A stretch of DNA of 63,584 nt, counting the filler, from Bigelowiella natans CCMP2755 (taxonomy: Eukaryota; Protista; Cercozoa), in assembly GCA_000320545.1 (NCBI GenBank). It is 7 parts of 7 records of this genome, joined end to end, with 100 filler letters (N's around TTAATTAATTAA, not from the genome) between each part and the next. Parts side by side here need not be neighbours in the genome. Positions count along the whole stretch, not along the records: positions 9,012 to 36,849 come from ADNK01001578.1; positions 36,950 to 46,694 come from ADNK01003599.1; 5 more parts are not named here. One strand, 5' to 3'. The notes beneath the pieces were generated by a model. That model ran no database searches and was not told the origin of the DNA. It worked only from the letters and a program-made list of their open reading frames with translations. Position 1 is the stretch's first letter. Every line of letters begins with the position of its first letter. Positions 26,332-39,105 of the stretch are shown here, one piece after another. Position numbers and translations under genes: made by a program.

Positions 26332-26854
26332 ATGTCAGAAAAACGTCTCACAAGCGAGCCGCCTGGCTCCTTCGGCCTACCTCTCGTCGGAATGACTTCC
26401 AAAGTCTGGAGCGACTTTGTCGGCTTCGTGAGAAATGCTATGAGCCAGCCAGGTATGTGTGCAAGAAGGGGGGTGGGAGGGCGAGGAGAGACGAAGACGG
26501 TAGCATATAAATGATAACCCTATGTATGCATGTTTAAACAAGAGGCGATTTCTACCATTAAAACTTTACTTTCCGATTTGATTCATTTATTCTCTGCTTG
26601 CAGCAAACCGGCACCCGGAGGCCGAGAAATACGCACACCCGTGTCCTGTGTTCAAAACAGCCGTGTTGGGATGCAGTGTAGCTATCGTTACGAGCGATAG
26701 GGAGAGGAAAGAGGTGTTTGCGGAAAGAAGTGGGGATTTTACTCACCGTGGAGGCTATCACACTCTTCTGAGCGGTATTCCCACGTACACACATACACAC
26801 ACACACACGCACAGCCAAGCCCAACTAAGATTCCTACAGTCTGAAACATATAAC

Positions 26855-26904
<50 letters not shown>

Positions 26905-27210
26905 TAATGCGTGATATCATACGCGTTAATATATGATACTGTACTTCCAGGAAGCATGGGAGAAAGCATTCTGACGGACGACAATCCCCTCTACGTGCAC
27001 TCCGTGCGAGAGCTGTTCCGAAAGGCACTTGATGAAAAAACCGTGGAGTGCTACATGCCGGCTATTAATGCGGTGATAGACCGTCATATCAACTCGTGGA
27101 ACGAAAAATGCGCGTCGCACTCCCCCTCCGTGCCTGTTTATACCGCTCTCAAGAAGATGTATGTACACGGGGAAAAGAAGTGCGGAGAAGCGCAGAAGCC
27201 CCCCCCCCCC

Positions 27211-27249
<39 letters not shown>

Positions 27250-27315
27250 GGGAGGGGAGGGGGGGATTGACTTTGTTAATAGAGTTTCCGCTTTCTCGTT
27301 CTCAATAACTCTCTT

Positions 27316-27387
<72 letters not shown>

Positions 27388-27678
27388 TGTTTATATCGTA
27401 ATGTGCTTTTCTCGAAAAGGTATGCCGAGTTGATCGTGGAGGTGTTCTTCGGCCCAAGGCCCCAAGGTATTGACGTCAAAACCGTCATCAAAGACTGCAA
27501 CGCCATCTTCACCGGGGCTACGTCCTTCCCAGTCTCCGGCGTGGGACTATTCTCCACAGCGTAATGCTATATCAGTAAAGAAAGAGAAACCGTGTGCTAA
27601 ATGCCGCTCACTTTTCTCGTTCAATACACAGCTTTCCATCGAGAAATAAGCCGAAAACCAATATCAATATCAATATTT

Positions 27679-27737
<59 letters not shown>

Positions 27738-29371
27738 AGGAAATATAGCTATTTTGCATTCTACCCATTAATACTATAGGTATGAGAAGGGAAAAGCAGC
27801 AAGCAAGCGACTCTGCGCCCTGTTTAAGACTCATCTACTCAATCGTATGGCCTCCTCTAGAATCCAGGGGGCAGCAGACAGGGCGAAGGATGGGTGCGGG
27901 AAAAGCAAGATACCATCCAGTTTCTCATCGTCGTCCTCCTCACCAGCATCTTCCTCCTCCTCTTCCAATCCCACCTCCTCTTCGCGGTCATTCCGACCCC
28001 TTCTCGATATCGTCGCACACCAAATCACCGTGTTTACCCAAAGGCACAAGGAGGACCCCTGCAAATCAGCCAAGGGACCGCACAGGTGAATAGTCGGACG
28101 TGGACAGAATTTGGAAGTAGGAGGGGGGGAGGCGGGGGCAGGGAAGCGTCTCTTATGCCTCAACTTACACACTCTGAAGATGGGCAGCCTCGCTTTAGTA
28201 CAATCCACACACACAAACACACACACACACACACACATACACATACCTACACATACAAACCCCCCCGCGCGCGCGCGTGCCTGTAAAGATATACATAACA
28301 CGTAGACTACTCTCTGATCATATGATATGAAGGAATCTCCTCGACGCTGCAGCAATGCATTTAACGCTCTTTGTAACGGGCCTGACCAGCAAGCTGCTGG
28401 CCTCTCTCTCCACGTCGTTCTTACGGATCTTATCACATAAAAAACACGGAGACCTCCTCAAATCCGTGCGAAAAGAGGCGACGATTGCCAAGCGAATCAC
28501 AGTAGAATACGACAAGGGCGGTGACGTGGATACCGAGGAGGGGGAAGAAGACAAGCGCTCCAAGAAACAAAGCAGCGGCAAGGTTGAGTCCTTTGCTTCA
28601 TAGAGTTGCAAGGAGGGGCAAAAACATCATCATCCTCTCCAAAAAAGGACCCCGCCGGCAATAAGATTTTTGATGATTTCGTCCACTTGCATTTGGTTTT
28701 GAGCGATAACATGTTGGCGGAGCGCAGGGCGGCTTCGCGCTTGAGTCAATCTTCCTTTTATGCTTCGACTGCCTAACGACAAGGGGCCTGTTTGTTGTTG
28801 GCGGCGCTGCGTTGCTCTTGGTAGGTCAATATCGTGCCGTATTCTGTGCTTCAGCAGCTACCTTTGCTTGAGACCGTTTGCCTGGAGATTGAACGTGTGT
28901 TCCCCCCGGTATTAGCTAATAATACCTGAATATGCTTGAAGAAGCTCTTTCCTGCGGTTTTTCTACTTTCCCTCCCCCTCTTTGTGCTCCGTGCGTGCGG
29001 GCAGATTCTTTTCATGCCTAAGAGACTTTGAACGAGACGCTTGTAGGATTTTTGCACTATACGTGCTGTGTAGATATAATGTATAGAAGTACATATATAT
29101 ATATATATATATATACATACATACATATGCACATATTGGAACAGGTTGCTGGGGCCTCACGAGGAACCGAGAAGGCCGATATAAGTACTGCTCAAAACCT
29201 TTTTTATGACGATCATGATAAACGTGCGAGTGGTGTACAAAAATAAGTGAGATATAACGTTATCATAATTATCAGTATTTATTTAGTTAATCATCTTTGT
29301 CGTATAGGTTTATGCGGATATAAGATACCGAAGGGCTGGTTGCTGTGGTTAGCCAATACTATATATATAAA

Positions 29372-29411
<40 letters not shown>

Positions 29412-30023
29412 TTTATTTATGTTTATGTGTGTGTGTGTGTGTGTAACATAATTATAATATCTTACATATCTACATTTCATAATTGCTAGATTTTATACGT
29501 GTGCATGCTTGCGCGCGTCTGCATGTCCGTCCGACGATTTCCTACCCAATAGCAGAGTGAAGTGACGACCATGGAGGAATTCTGACACATGTTATTTTGG
29601 TATTGTTCATTGTCACTCTACCTAAACCAGGTCTTGCAATCACGTAGCAAATAGAGATCCGTCTGTCTACAACAACCCAAACAAGTGAGTAGGATCTCAT
29701 TTCGATATCGGATGATGATTTTAATGGCGAAAGGGATATTAAGATGAGAATTGGGAAGGTGCTTGGTGATGATGATGCTGACGAGATACGACTATGCTGC
29801 ACATAATGAAGTAGCCATTTTTTGTAGTTAGTTCTTCCACTGTTGCGAGTTCCTTCGTGATCGAGGCGTTTGTTATTAGCAAATAGGCAGCAAGAATGAA
29901 GTGCGAGAGGCGCATAGATTGAATTAGACTTAACTAACCTCCCTCCCTCCCCTCCTCAGATTTGCACCAGATCGATGGAATAAGATAGTTTATAAAGGAG
30001 AAGGTGGCAGCTCTTTCTCTCTT

Positions 30024-30084
<61 letters not shown>

Positions 30085-30158
30085 CATCTCGCAGCCTTCT
30101 TAAAGATTTCCACATGTTGTAATAACTGCGTGAAATGGTATCGATGTCGCCCTTTCAC

Positions 30159-30204
<46 letters not shown>

Positions 30205-30680
30205 TTCAATCACCCGCTTTCAACCACCCCTCCTTAGCCGTTGAAATACTGCATCAAATGATACTGAGCAGGCACGGAAATGAAAGACAGAGAGGCAGGT
30301 CAGACGGCTAGTTCGGAGAAAAAGGCCTCGACGTCGCCATCGACCCATTCTCAAGCCACAGATGCACACGTGGCATTTGGGCAAGGGAAGAGAAAGTGTA
30401 TAGGCACCCATCTTGCATTGGCCATCCTGAAGGTAGAAAGTATTTATATATACATATATTAACATTTATAACAATATATACATCTTAATGCGAATACATG
30501 AAATCGGATTGGCGTGGACACATTCTCGGTTCTGTTTATATGCAGGAAAGCATGGTCCAAATGAAGTCTTACTGTTGCGATGATAGATTTGTTGAAACAA
30601 CCCACAAGTATTCGTTATTCCACGCTGTTTCAGGCTTTTTTTGTGAAAATATCCACCGGGAGTCGATGGCAGCTTTCTAA
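26332..30680 (+). CDS. Cytochrome P450, multi-exon (CYP26/CYP120-like N-terminus); 3' end approximate
   Basis: PPGSFGLPLVG hinge, K-helix EIER (ExxR), YKIPKGW, FAPDRW (PERF) and heme motif FGQGKRKCIG. Confidence 0.92.
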
Positions 30681-31140
30681 GCAGCCCGAAGGAACAACAG
30701 GTTCTCCCTCATTTTATATTTAGTGAGTTTCGTCTTTCTTCCTTTTTCATTCCTATTTTGCGGGTAGAGCACAATAATGGAATCTCATAATGCCTGGATT
30801 TTGCCGGAAGAATACTCGTTTCTACTTCGTTACAAATAAACTTTTTTCCGAAGTTAGTCGTTCCTAGCGGATTGTGCGGAATATTTTATTTCAAACAGTT
30901 TCCTGCATATCATCATAGGATCCGAGGATGGGCACGGCTGGCGTGTTAAGTGGATTCCAGTGTACAGCCCCACCCCTGATGTAGATATCTCTTTTGCGCC
31001 TCTGGCATTTTCTGGAATGAATTCATATGGGAAGCCAATTGAGCAGTTGTAATTTGCATGTAAATCTGGGAAATGTGTATGTCCATGCGAGATTAGTACA
31101 AGGTAGACGTGTAGTATCATTTCATACCAAAATTTTTAAC

Positions 31141-32070
31141 AGTTGACTCACGCACTTGCATGGCTAGATGGGCATGTTGCTTGCGCATGCCTTTTTTGTG
31201 CACGTTGCTCCTGCTGGGCTCACTGGATCAGTTTGACTGCACCTGTGCGAATGATTAGTGCGATAGAGCTGAGCTTGAATCACCTTGTCACAATCTAGCA
31301 ATGTGACTATGATGACTGGAAAGCAAGCTAGCAAGCCATTCGTTCATCGTTGAACTTGCGCACTCTGAGTCAATGGAGCATTGATCACTTCAAGACTTTC
31401 ACACATCGCACACTCGTGTTGTTGGTTGTTTTTCACAACTAGTCGATCGATGCCAACACTCTCTAGACTCTAGCTGATCTAGTGTTGTCAAACTTCACGA
31501 AGATGAATGGCACAATGCTAGAATGTTCCAGTTTCCACCGGCTTGCTAGCTGGGTAGTGTGGTCGGCTTGGCTAGCTAGTCTAGTAGTGGTTTTCGAGTG
31601 CTCATTGCATCAACAAATTGGTGATTCCTAGATTCCAATGATTGATTGCTAGATTGATTCATTGCAATGCTAGATTGGTTCAATGTTCATTGAGACATCT
31701 AGACATTTTGGCATTGCTGAATTCCAGAATTGCTAGATTGCAACAATGCAACAATGCAACAATGCATGCACAAGCACTAGAGCATGCAATGCTAGAAAGG
31801 CCACTTCTAGCACTTGCACGCTCTAGAGCTAGTAAGGCCACATGTACTAGTATAGTGCATCGACACATCAACGATGTCAATTTTCATTGGGGCCAGCTAA
31901 CCAGAAGCAGGGTACCGATTGAGATGATTCCGGACCAGACATTTGCGAAGATACAAGATTCAATGCAGAGTGCTAGCATGCTAGCATGTTGTCGAAGCAA
32001 AATGCATGGCATCTACAAGATTTTTCATTTGCTTGTATCTTAGATTGGCACTAGCGCGTTTATGTCTAAT
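31141..32070. other. TpA-depleted, CTAG-enriched intergenic island
   Basis: 31141-31832: 22 CTAG, 5 half-sites, no unprotected TpA (hand count). Confidence 0.92.
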
Positions 32071-33470
32071 TCAAAAACGATGGCCAGATTCGAGTGCCTT
32101 CTGAATGTTGGCAATCATTTTTGACCAGGAAGGGTATAGGCGAGATCCCCTGCCAGACTCAAATTTGTACTCTCTTGAAGAATCGCCTTCTTCAACGACA
32201 AGTTTTATTCCTCTCCCTTTGTTCATCTTTTCAACTTTCTTGATTGTACCGATAGGAATTACAACGACGTTTTTATCTTTCAATTTTTTCTTAACTGTGT
32301 TTTTTTTAACAAAGACGACGGCATTAGATTCTTCCATAAGCTTCTGCATTTGAATCTCAGTTGCGATACGCTTCTCGTCGTGTGCATATATGATTTTATC
32401 CTTATAAACTTTAAATCAATCAGACATGTAAATATTACTGTTAGTTCAATGTCGTTTTATAAGAAGCATGTTCAAATTCACAATGAGAAGCTTAATGTTC
32501 AAATTCTATTATACATTTTACATATCGTGTTCCCGCTATTCCTAGCTTGATCTTTTTTGAAACCTTATCTAACAATCCAAAAATTACATATGTCATTTGT
32601 TAATCGATGACACATTATACCTGCTCCTAATCGAGCATATATGAACTGTTGATAATCGCCGCTGCACGCAAAAACATTATCGATGTGGCCAATCCTATGA
32701 TATCCTGCCTTTCTTTCTCTCACGTGTATGTGGTACTTTGACAATCCTGCAGGTTTGAATTCTAATGTTTTCAATAACTTTTCGTATGGGACTTTGTGCC
32801 TTTTCCTGAACAGAAAATTAATTTGTACAGTATTGTGAGGATAATGCGATGTTTCAATACCCTGGATCCAAATGTTGAGGACCTACGATTAATGTCTTTT
32901 TGTTGTCATCGAAAATAACTTCACCAGTTGTGCAACAGCAAAAGAAACCGCAAGTGATCAAGCGAGAGAAACACCAGCAACAGTCTGGAACTCCATAGTC
33001 AGGGAGTTCCTACATCAAAATCCAAATGCTGAAACATTGACACATGTGCATCGATGAAAATGCCAATATTTGCTTTTCATGTGGATCCGCAACAGAGACC
33101 ATGTTTGCATCATGGCCACAGAATCTCTGATTTTAGACATGCACAATTGCAAAACCTTTCCTAGTTTTTGCACACCTTCTCAAACACCGATGACGAATGA
33201 GCTGCAAATCCGTGCGAGGGGATGCGCATCAAATTATTAGATGGCGACGAAGCAACCACAGAGTTGTCCATGGAAGTCATTCTTCAAGTTCGATTGGCTC
33301 TCCTCCCAGCGAATGTTGCCAAGCACAGCTCTGTCCCGACTTCTTTCCCATTTCTCTCATTTTGCACCGTTGCGTCGTGTCGTCGTCCCAATTCCCCCTT
33401 CGTTCGGAATCATCAGGTCATAATGGGAGAATGCAGGACTTACTTGCATTAACTGGTGCGACGGGCATTG
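32071..33470 (-). CDS. Hypothetical multi-exon protein (possibly decaying) with a PH-like C-terminal segment
   Basis: Terminal exon VVVIPIGTIKKVEKMNKGRGIKLVVE...YKFES; upstream exons such as ELPDYGVPDCCWCFSRLITCGFFCCC. The 5' part lies in TpA-poor DNA. Confidence 0.45.
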
Positions 33471-34200
33471 TCGTCTTGAAGAAATCGCCCGTGAAATTGC
33501 TTGGCAGCTGTCAACAAATTTGTTGATGTCTGCTCCTGTGAACAACAAACGGAATGACGCGCTGAAACGTCAAAGCGAAGTGTTCAAATGCGTGCGCACT
33601 TCAAGACATCGAATTACAGCACGCTGGCACGCCTTCAAGCACAATGGTGTCAGGCGAGGCTGGCAGGTTTTGGTCCATCAAGTTCACTCAAATTCATCAC
33701 GCACTTCCAGAACTGGAGAATCGAAACATGTTTTGTTTGTTTGCGTCTGTGAACACGTCGACGTGCGAGAATTGCACCCAAAACATTGTGCACTAACTGT
33801 GTCATTGTTGCTGAAGTGCGATTAGTTTTGAGCTGCAACGTGCCAAATTGCTGGATCGCCAGATCGCGCATTTCACAACCTGGGACAGGCTAGCAGGCTA
33901 GCAGGCTCTGGGGCTAGCGCAGGGTGCGTGCTGATTCTAGAGATTGGCACGCGTCTGACAGTGCTTTGCTCATGCAGTTTGTTCCAGTGTTCTCAACACT
34001 TTGAGTGATGCACGAGTGTTTGCATACAATGCATGTGTGTGTGGACTCTTGTGCACACGTCCAGACTTGTGCAATGTGCACGTCTAGATGTGCAGTTACA
34101 AGTTTAAAACAACATGGTGGCACCATGAAATGCAGCAAGATGCAAAATTTTCTTTTTCCACTGTGCATGCTAGCATGCCTAATTCAAAATTTAAGTGTCA
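32920..34200. other. TpA-reduced island overlapping the 5' part of the preceding gene
   Basis: Long TpA-free runs with scattered residual TpA; GGCTAGCA repeats near 33890. Confidence 0.7.
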
Positions 34201-34439
34201 GGTGCGCCGCACATCATTCACAATTTTATTTTCCTGGAATGGAGGCTAAAAGCAAGTACTGCGAGTCCGCTGCCACTCCTAAATGAAAATAACCAAAAAT
34301 GAAACAATTTGATCTTAATCAGTCGCAAAGGCTTAAGTGTTGCGCATCTGTACTTCACACATCATTTCTCTTTAGCAAAATGTAAGGGCTTACATAGGTT
34401 TATGTTACGATGCGGAGAGGAAAAATGGCTTGTCTAACG

Positions 34440-34888
34440 TACCTATTTCTTGCATCTTTTCCCAGAAAATATGAGACAATCTCGGCGATCCCGCTCGGTA
34501 ACACAACGACAGCTACGTGTTAAGAAAAACACAGTTCTTTTAATTACAAAAGCTCTCGCCGATTCACAAATATGTGGGCAGATAAAATGTGAACGTCTAT
34601 CTAAACATGTTTGGCGAATGGTTTCCTGTACACTTACCATTCTATGGCATATTTCGCCATCTACACGCAGGTGTGCTTCTTGAATCTGCTTATAGACCTC
34701 CATAGCAATATCCAGCTTTTATTGAGGACAAGAGAAAGTCATTGTAAGAAGGTGAAATATTGAACCAAAACAATGATGCATTTGTTGGCGCTTTGGAGTG
34801 CGTAAGTATTCGAAACACAATGTATTTTACTCTATTAAGATATTCGCACTGCACATTGAAGAGGAGGAAATATAGTTTAATACGTTTA

Positions 34889-34937
<49 letters not shown>

Positions 34938-36700
34938 ATGTGTGTGTGTGTTTGAGTGTGTGTGTATGGATGTGTGTCTATATGTGATATAATTGTTTAA
35001 CACCCTCAAATCTCTCTGGCAAAGCTTGAGTACGCGTTTATATGGGAGAATCGTCAGCCGTACTCTCTTGCTATGGAGCTCATGAAGTAAAACGTAGGCC
35101 TGTTAATTCAAAAACAAAAAAAAAAATAACCATGATGAAATAAGTTTGTTGATGAAATATGTTTGTTGATGAAATAAGTTTGTTTATGATGCAAATACAA
35201 ATTTACACATTTATACATATATGTGATCGTTCTACACCATCTCACCTTATCGCTCATGATGTTTTCAGCATAGATTTTTGCCAGCTCAGGAGCGTTGTTT
35301 CGGTCGTGCGACGACAATTGTCCGTTGACTGTGAAACTGCACGGACTCAAGCCCGACACTTTTCTCAGGAAAAGAGACACGTTTTTCGCCATTGGAGACG
35401 AGGAGGAGAGAAACCCACTGCCCCTAGCAGCCTGGTTTCATTCGTTGAAGTATAACGTGAAATATCAAATCAGATGTTCAGTACAAATTGTGGAAAAATA
35501 CAAGCATAAAAAAAGACCGATTCTACGCACCACCACCGCGACTACAATGAGCACCGACAGAATTACATGAGCACCAACACAAATACATGGGAAATACGTA
35601 AAACCACGGTGATGGCGTCACCTGTTGTGCAGAAAGGGACGCTGTCATCATCGAGTACACAGTCTTCGACGAGTCCTTCATTTCTCGTAATAGCCTCCTT
35701 CCAGACGAGAGCCTGTGCAAACAGTACGATGGAATTAGTGTGTGTGTGTGTGTGTGTGTGTGTTTTTCCGAAGACAAACGCGGATTTCATTCAACAACTC
35801 TCCCCCGCTCCCCACGTCTAAAGCCTCGAAATCCTCACAACTTACTTGGTACTCTTGCAGCATTGTGCTAGCCCCAGTTTGGCTTGAAGTTACCGCAATG
35901 TACCATTACGCATACATTTTTAATTATTCGTTCGCCTTCAATAAGATCTCCCCCCCCCCCCCCTTCCACTCCCCTCCCCTCTCCCCTCTCGTTCATTCCA
36001 TCTACTCCTCTTTTTGTCTAATGCACGCGGGAACACACACACCTCCCTGCTGTCACGTATGCATACAAAGCAGCGTTGAAGAAGAACTCATCTGGGAAAA
36101 TGCCCTCCATCGTCTCCCGCTGTTCGAATGTCTACGATATTGCATCACCATTTTGCATCAACATTTACAACGCCCAAATGTGTGCGCGTGTGTGCGTGCG
36201 CTTATGTGTTTCAAATGCCGTTTCAACTAGCCTTTCAGACGACCTTTATGACACTCTCGTAGTCACGATGAAGAATGTGTCGCTTCAACGCCGCACTGAT
36301 ATATTACACAAAAACAAACGTCATCTTAATAAAAAGTCTTCCCAAATCTATAGATTCTTTCTTCAATATGGAAGCTCAAATACATTTTCGAACAGGCAAT
36401 CTCCGAAGCGCGTCGCAGCATAACAGTGGGTGAGAATCCCCCCTTTTCCCACGAAAATGAGTCATTGAATGAATGAATGCAGTAATGTACGTATTTCGCA
36501 TTGCGGTATTACCTCCAGAGCTTCATTCCAGTTCCCATTTTTGTTGGCCTTTGTCCTTCTTTTTGCTGTTGGTGCTGCTGCTGCTGCCGCTGTGCTCTGT
36601 TTGCGGAGGAGGATGATGCTGAAGGTTGTTTGCCCTCTGGCTGATGAAACCACCCGAACAAACGCTTCTTCAAAGACTCGAACACTCCTGCTCATATGTG
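34440..36700 (-). CDS. Pentatricopeptide-repeat-like helical protein, multi-exon, ends unresolved
   Basis: PPR-like fragments: GNWNEALE, METMEGIFPDEFFFNAAL-like, RRLLREMKDSSKTVYSMM, IAMEVYKQIQEAHLRVD. Confidence 0.5.
35143..35193. repeat. Short tandem repeat, about 3 x 17 bp (gatgaaataWgtttgtt)
   Basis: Directly visible; coordinates approximate. Confidence 0.7.
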
Positions 36701-36734
36701 CCGCAATTGCCACGCACATTTACACAACAATATT

Positions 36735-36780
<46 letters not shown>

Positions 36781-36849
36781 TATATGTGTAAATGATACGC
36801 AATCGTATATCCCAACAGTGAATACTACCCCTCTCTTCCTCATTTCGCG

Positions 36850-36949
36850 NNNNNNNNNNNNNNNNNNNNNNNNNNNNNNNNNNNNNNNNNNNNTTAATTA
36901 ATTAANNNNNNNNNNNNNNNNNNNNNNNNNNNNNNNNNNNNNNNNNNNN
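36850..36949. other. Artificial contig-join linker
   Basis: N44-TTAATTAATTAA-N44. Confidence 0.98.
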
Positions 36950-36992
36950 CCCCCCCCCCTCCCCTTCTTCTTTCCATCCCTTGCTGCTGCAG

Positions 36993-37546
36993 GTACATAA
37001 AGCGATTGCAGGAGGAAGGACACTCAGTGCTTTTTATTGGAGATGGTAATAATTAGCCTCGTTAACCCTCGCGTGCTGCTACTGATCCACGTCATTATGG
37101 CCGCCCTTGTGATTATTATGCCTGCCCCCCCTCTCCTTCCCTTCCTCCCCTCCAGGCATCAACGATGCGCCGGCTTTAGCGCAGGCGGACGTCGGGGTCT
37201 CCATGACGAAAGGCACCGATGTGGCCATAGAAACGGCTGATGTGGTGCTCGTGAATGGGACTGGCAGCATTCAAGACCTAGCGACGGTGCGTGCGGTCGT
37301 CGCTGCTACTGCTACTGCTACTGCTACTGCTTGCTACGAGAATGGATTGATGATGACCATGGAGAGTAGTGGTGGGAACCGACAATTAGGAACAGAAACT
37401 TAACGTCCCCCCCTCCCCCCCCCCCCCCCCCAGGGGATCGATCTTTCAAAGACAACGATCTCTCGCATCAAAATCAACTTTGCTTGGGCGTTGGTGTACA
37501 ACGTCATCAGCATCCCTGTCGCAGCTGGAATATTGTAATATAATAG

Positions 37547-37587
<41 letters not shown>

Positions 37588-38020
37588 GTGTACATAATTC
37601 TACATGAACGAACAACGACGCCGAGACTGCTTACGGTCGGGGAAGTGGGAGGCGGGAGGCGGGCGGTTTCCAGATGAGTTTCGACTCATCCTCACGCCAG
37701 GGCTTTCGAATGTTCGCTGACCGTTGGATCCCACAACTGATTCGTCTATAAATTCTGCCAAATTCACTGCAACCAACAGGTACCCCGCATTTCAATTCCT
37801 ATTGCCTCCGGTGGCGGCCGCGTTTATGATGGGGTGCTCCTCATCTAGCGTCGTGTTGTCGTCCCTCTGGCTAAAGCGCTACGGGAAGCCGGAGCTTCAA
37901 AGCGAAAATAGCTTCAGCTCTGAAGAGAGGCCGTTGGGTTCCCGGGAGATGACGGTGGTGGCCAGCGACGAGGTATATAATGGCAGTAGCGATGACATGG
38001 ACTTGGAGATTGGCGACTGA
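36993..38020 (+). CDS. Copper-type P1B ATPase, C-terminal exons (5' part lost at the gap)
   Basis: FIGDG|[35 protein letters not shown] and [11 protein letters not shown] (the YN and MxxSS Cu+ ligand motifs). Confidence 0.93.
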
Positions 38021-38159
38021 TGCAGTAGAACTTCACTGAAGCGCTGATTTTAGTCAACGACGCTGCATTGCTGCGTCATTTATGTCCAGCCACCCATTGA
38101 GATTAGACTAGGAATTATTAGTTACAGGATCGTGAGAAACGAGTGGCAATTTGTGTAGA

Positions 38160-38960
38160 TTGTATTGTTATTAGCAAGTTTGTCCCTAGCTAGCTAGGCA
38201 TTTGCTGCAAGATGTGACATGAAATTTGATTGCGTTCTGCGCTCCATGGCTAGCTGCTAGCTGGCCTTCTAGCTTTGTTACAGTATCTAGCTAGCTAGCT
38301 AGCTAGTGCTAGATGACGTTCTGGGTCAATGTCTGGCTAGCTAGCTAGCTAGCTAAAACCATCTAGCCATCTAGCCATCTAGCCATCTATGTCTAGCTAT
38401 CTAGCAGCTGTCTAGCTGTGCAAGCTAGCAAGGCCCATCTATCTAGACACAATGCTAGAATGACATGCTAGCATGCTGATCGACAGCTAGCTAGCTAGAG
38501 GACACCAGTCTGCACTAGCTAGCACTGGAGCAGAGCAGCTAGCTAGCTAGTGTAGCTAGAGCAGTCTAGCAGTGGGATCTGAAGCAAAGCTAGCAAAGGG
38601 TAGCTAGCTAGGTAGGTAGTTTCACCATGCACATCACCATCTAGATTTGTGTTGTCTAGTTGTGACAGTTGTGACCAAACATTGCTAGATTGCTAGATTA
38701 AGCTCAGCTAGCCAGCTAGTTAGCGCTAGCCGAACGTCATTGATGCAAAGTCAAGGTTTGACAGTTCTAGAGTTGTCTTGCTTGCATGAAATCATAGCAC
38801 ACATCGTTGCAAGCTAGCGAGTAAAAAATGCTAGCATGCTGCATGATCCATGAATACTGATCTTTTCATGTAAAACATGCACAAGTGGCTTATGTGATAC
38901 TGAAACAACTCAAATCTAAGCATTTATCCATTGGTCTGATCTGTCAACGCCCACACGTAA
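38160..38960. other. TpA-depleted, (CTAG)n-rich island between convergent genes
   Basis: (CTAG)n runs and (CCATCTAG)x3-4; most TpA are in CTAG. Confidence 0.9.
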
Positions 38961-39105
38961 ATGTGCACAAGATAGCGGGACTAGAGGATAGTAGGAGAAT
39001 TTAGCGATCTTTATGAATTTTGAAAATAAGCATGTGCCACATTGAGCCATGTCCTATGAGAAGAACCAGCTTGAAATGATGACTAATTTCTGCTTGCATG
39101 TTGAA

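Noticed and set aside
38280-38620. CRISPR-like or designed repeat array in the CTAG-rich blocks
   Set aside because: No constant 23-50 bp repeat with unique spacers and no cas genes; eukaryotic context.
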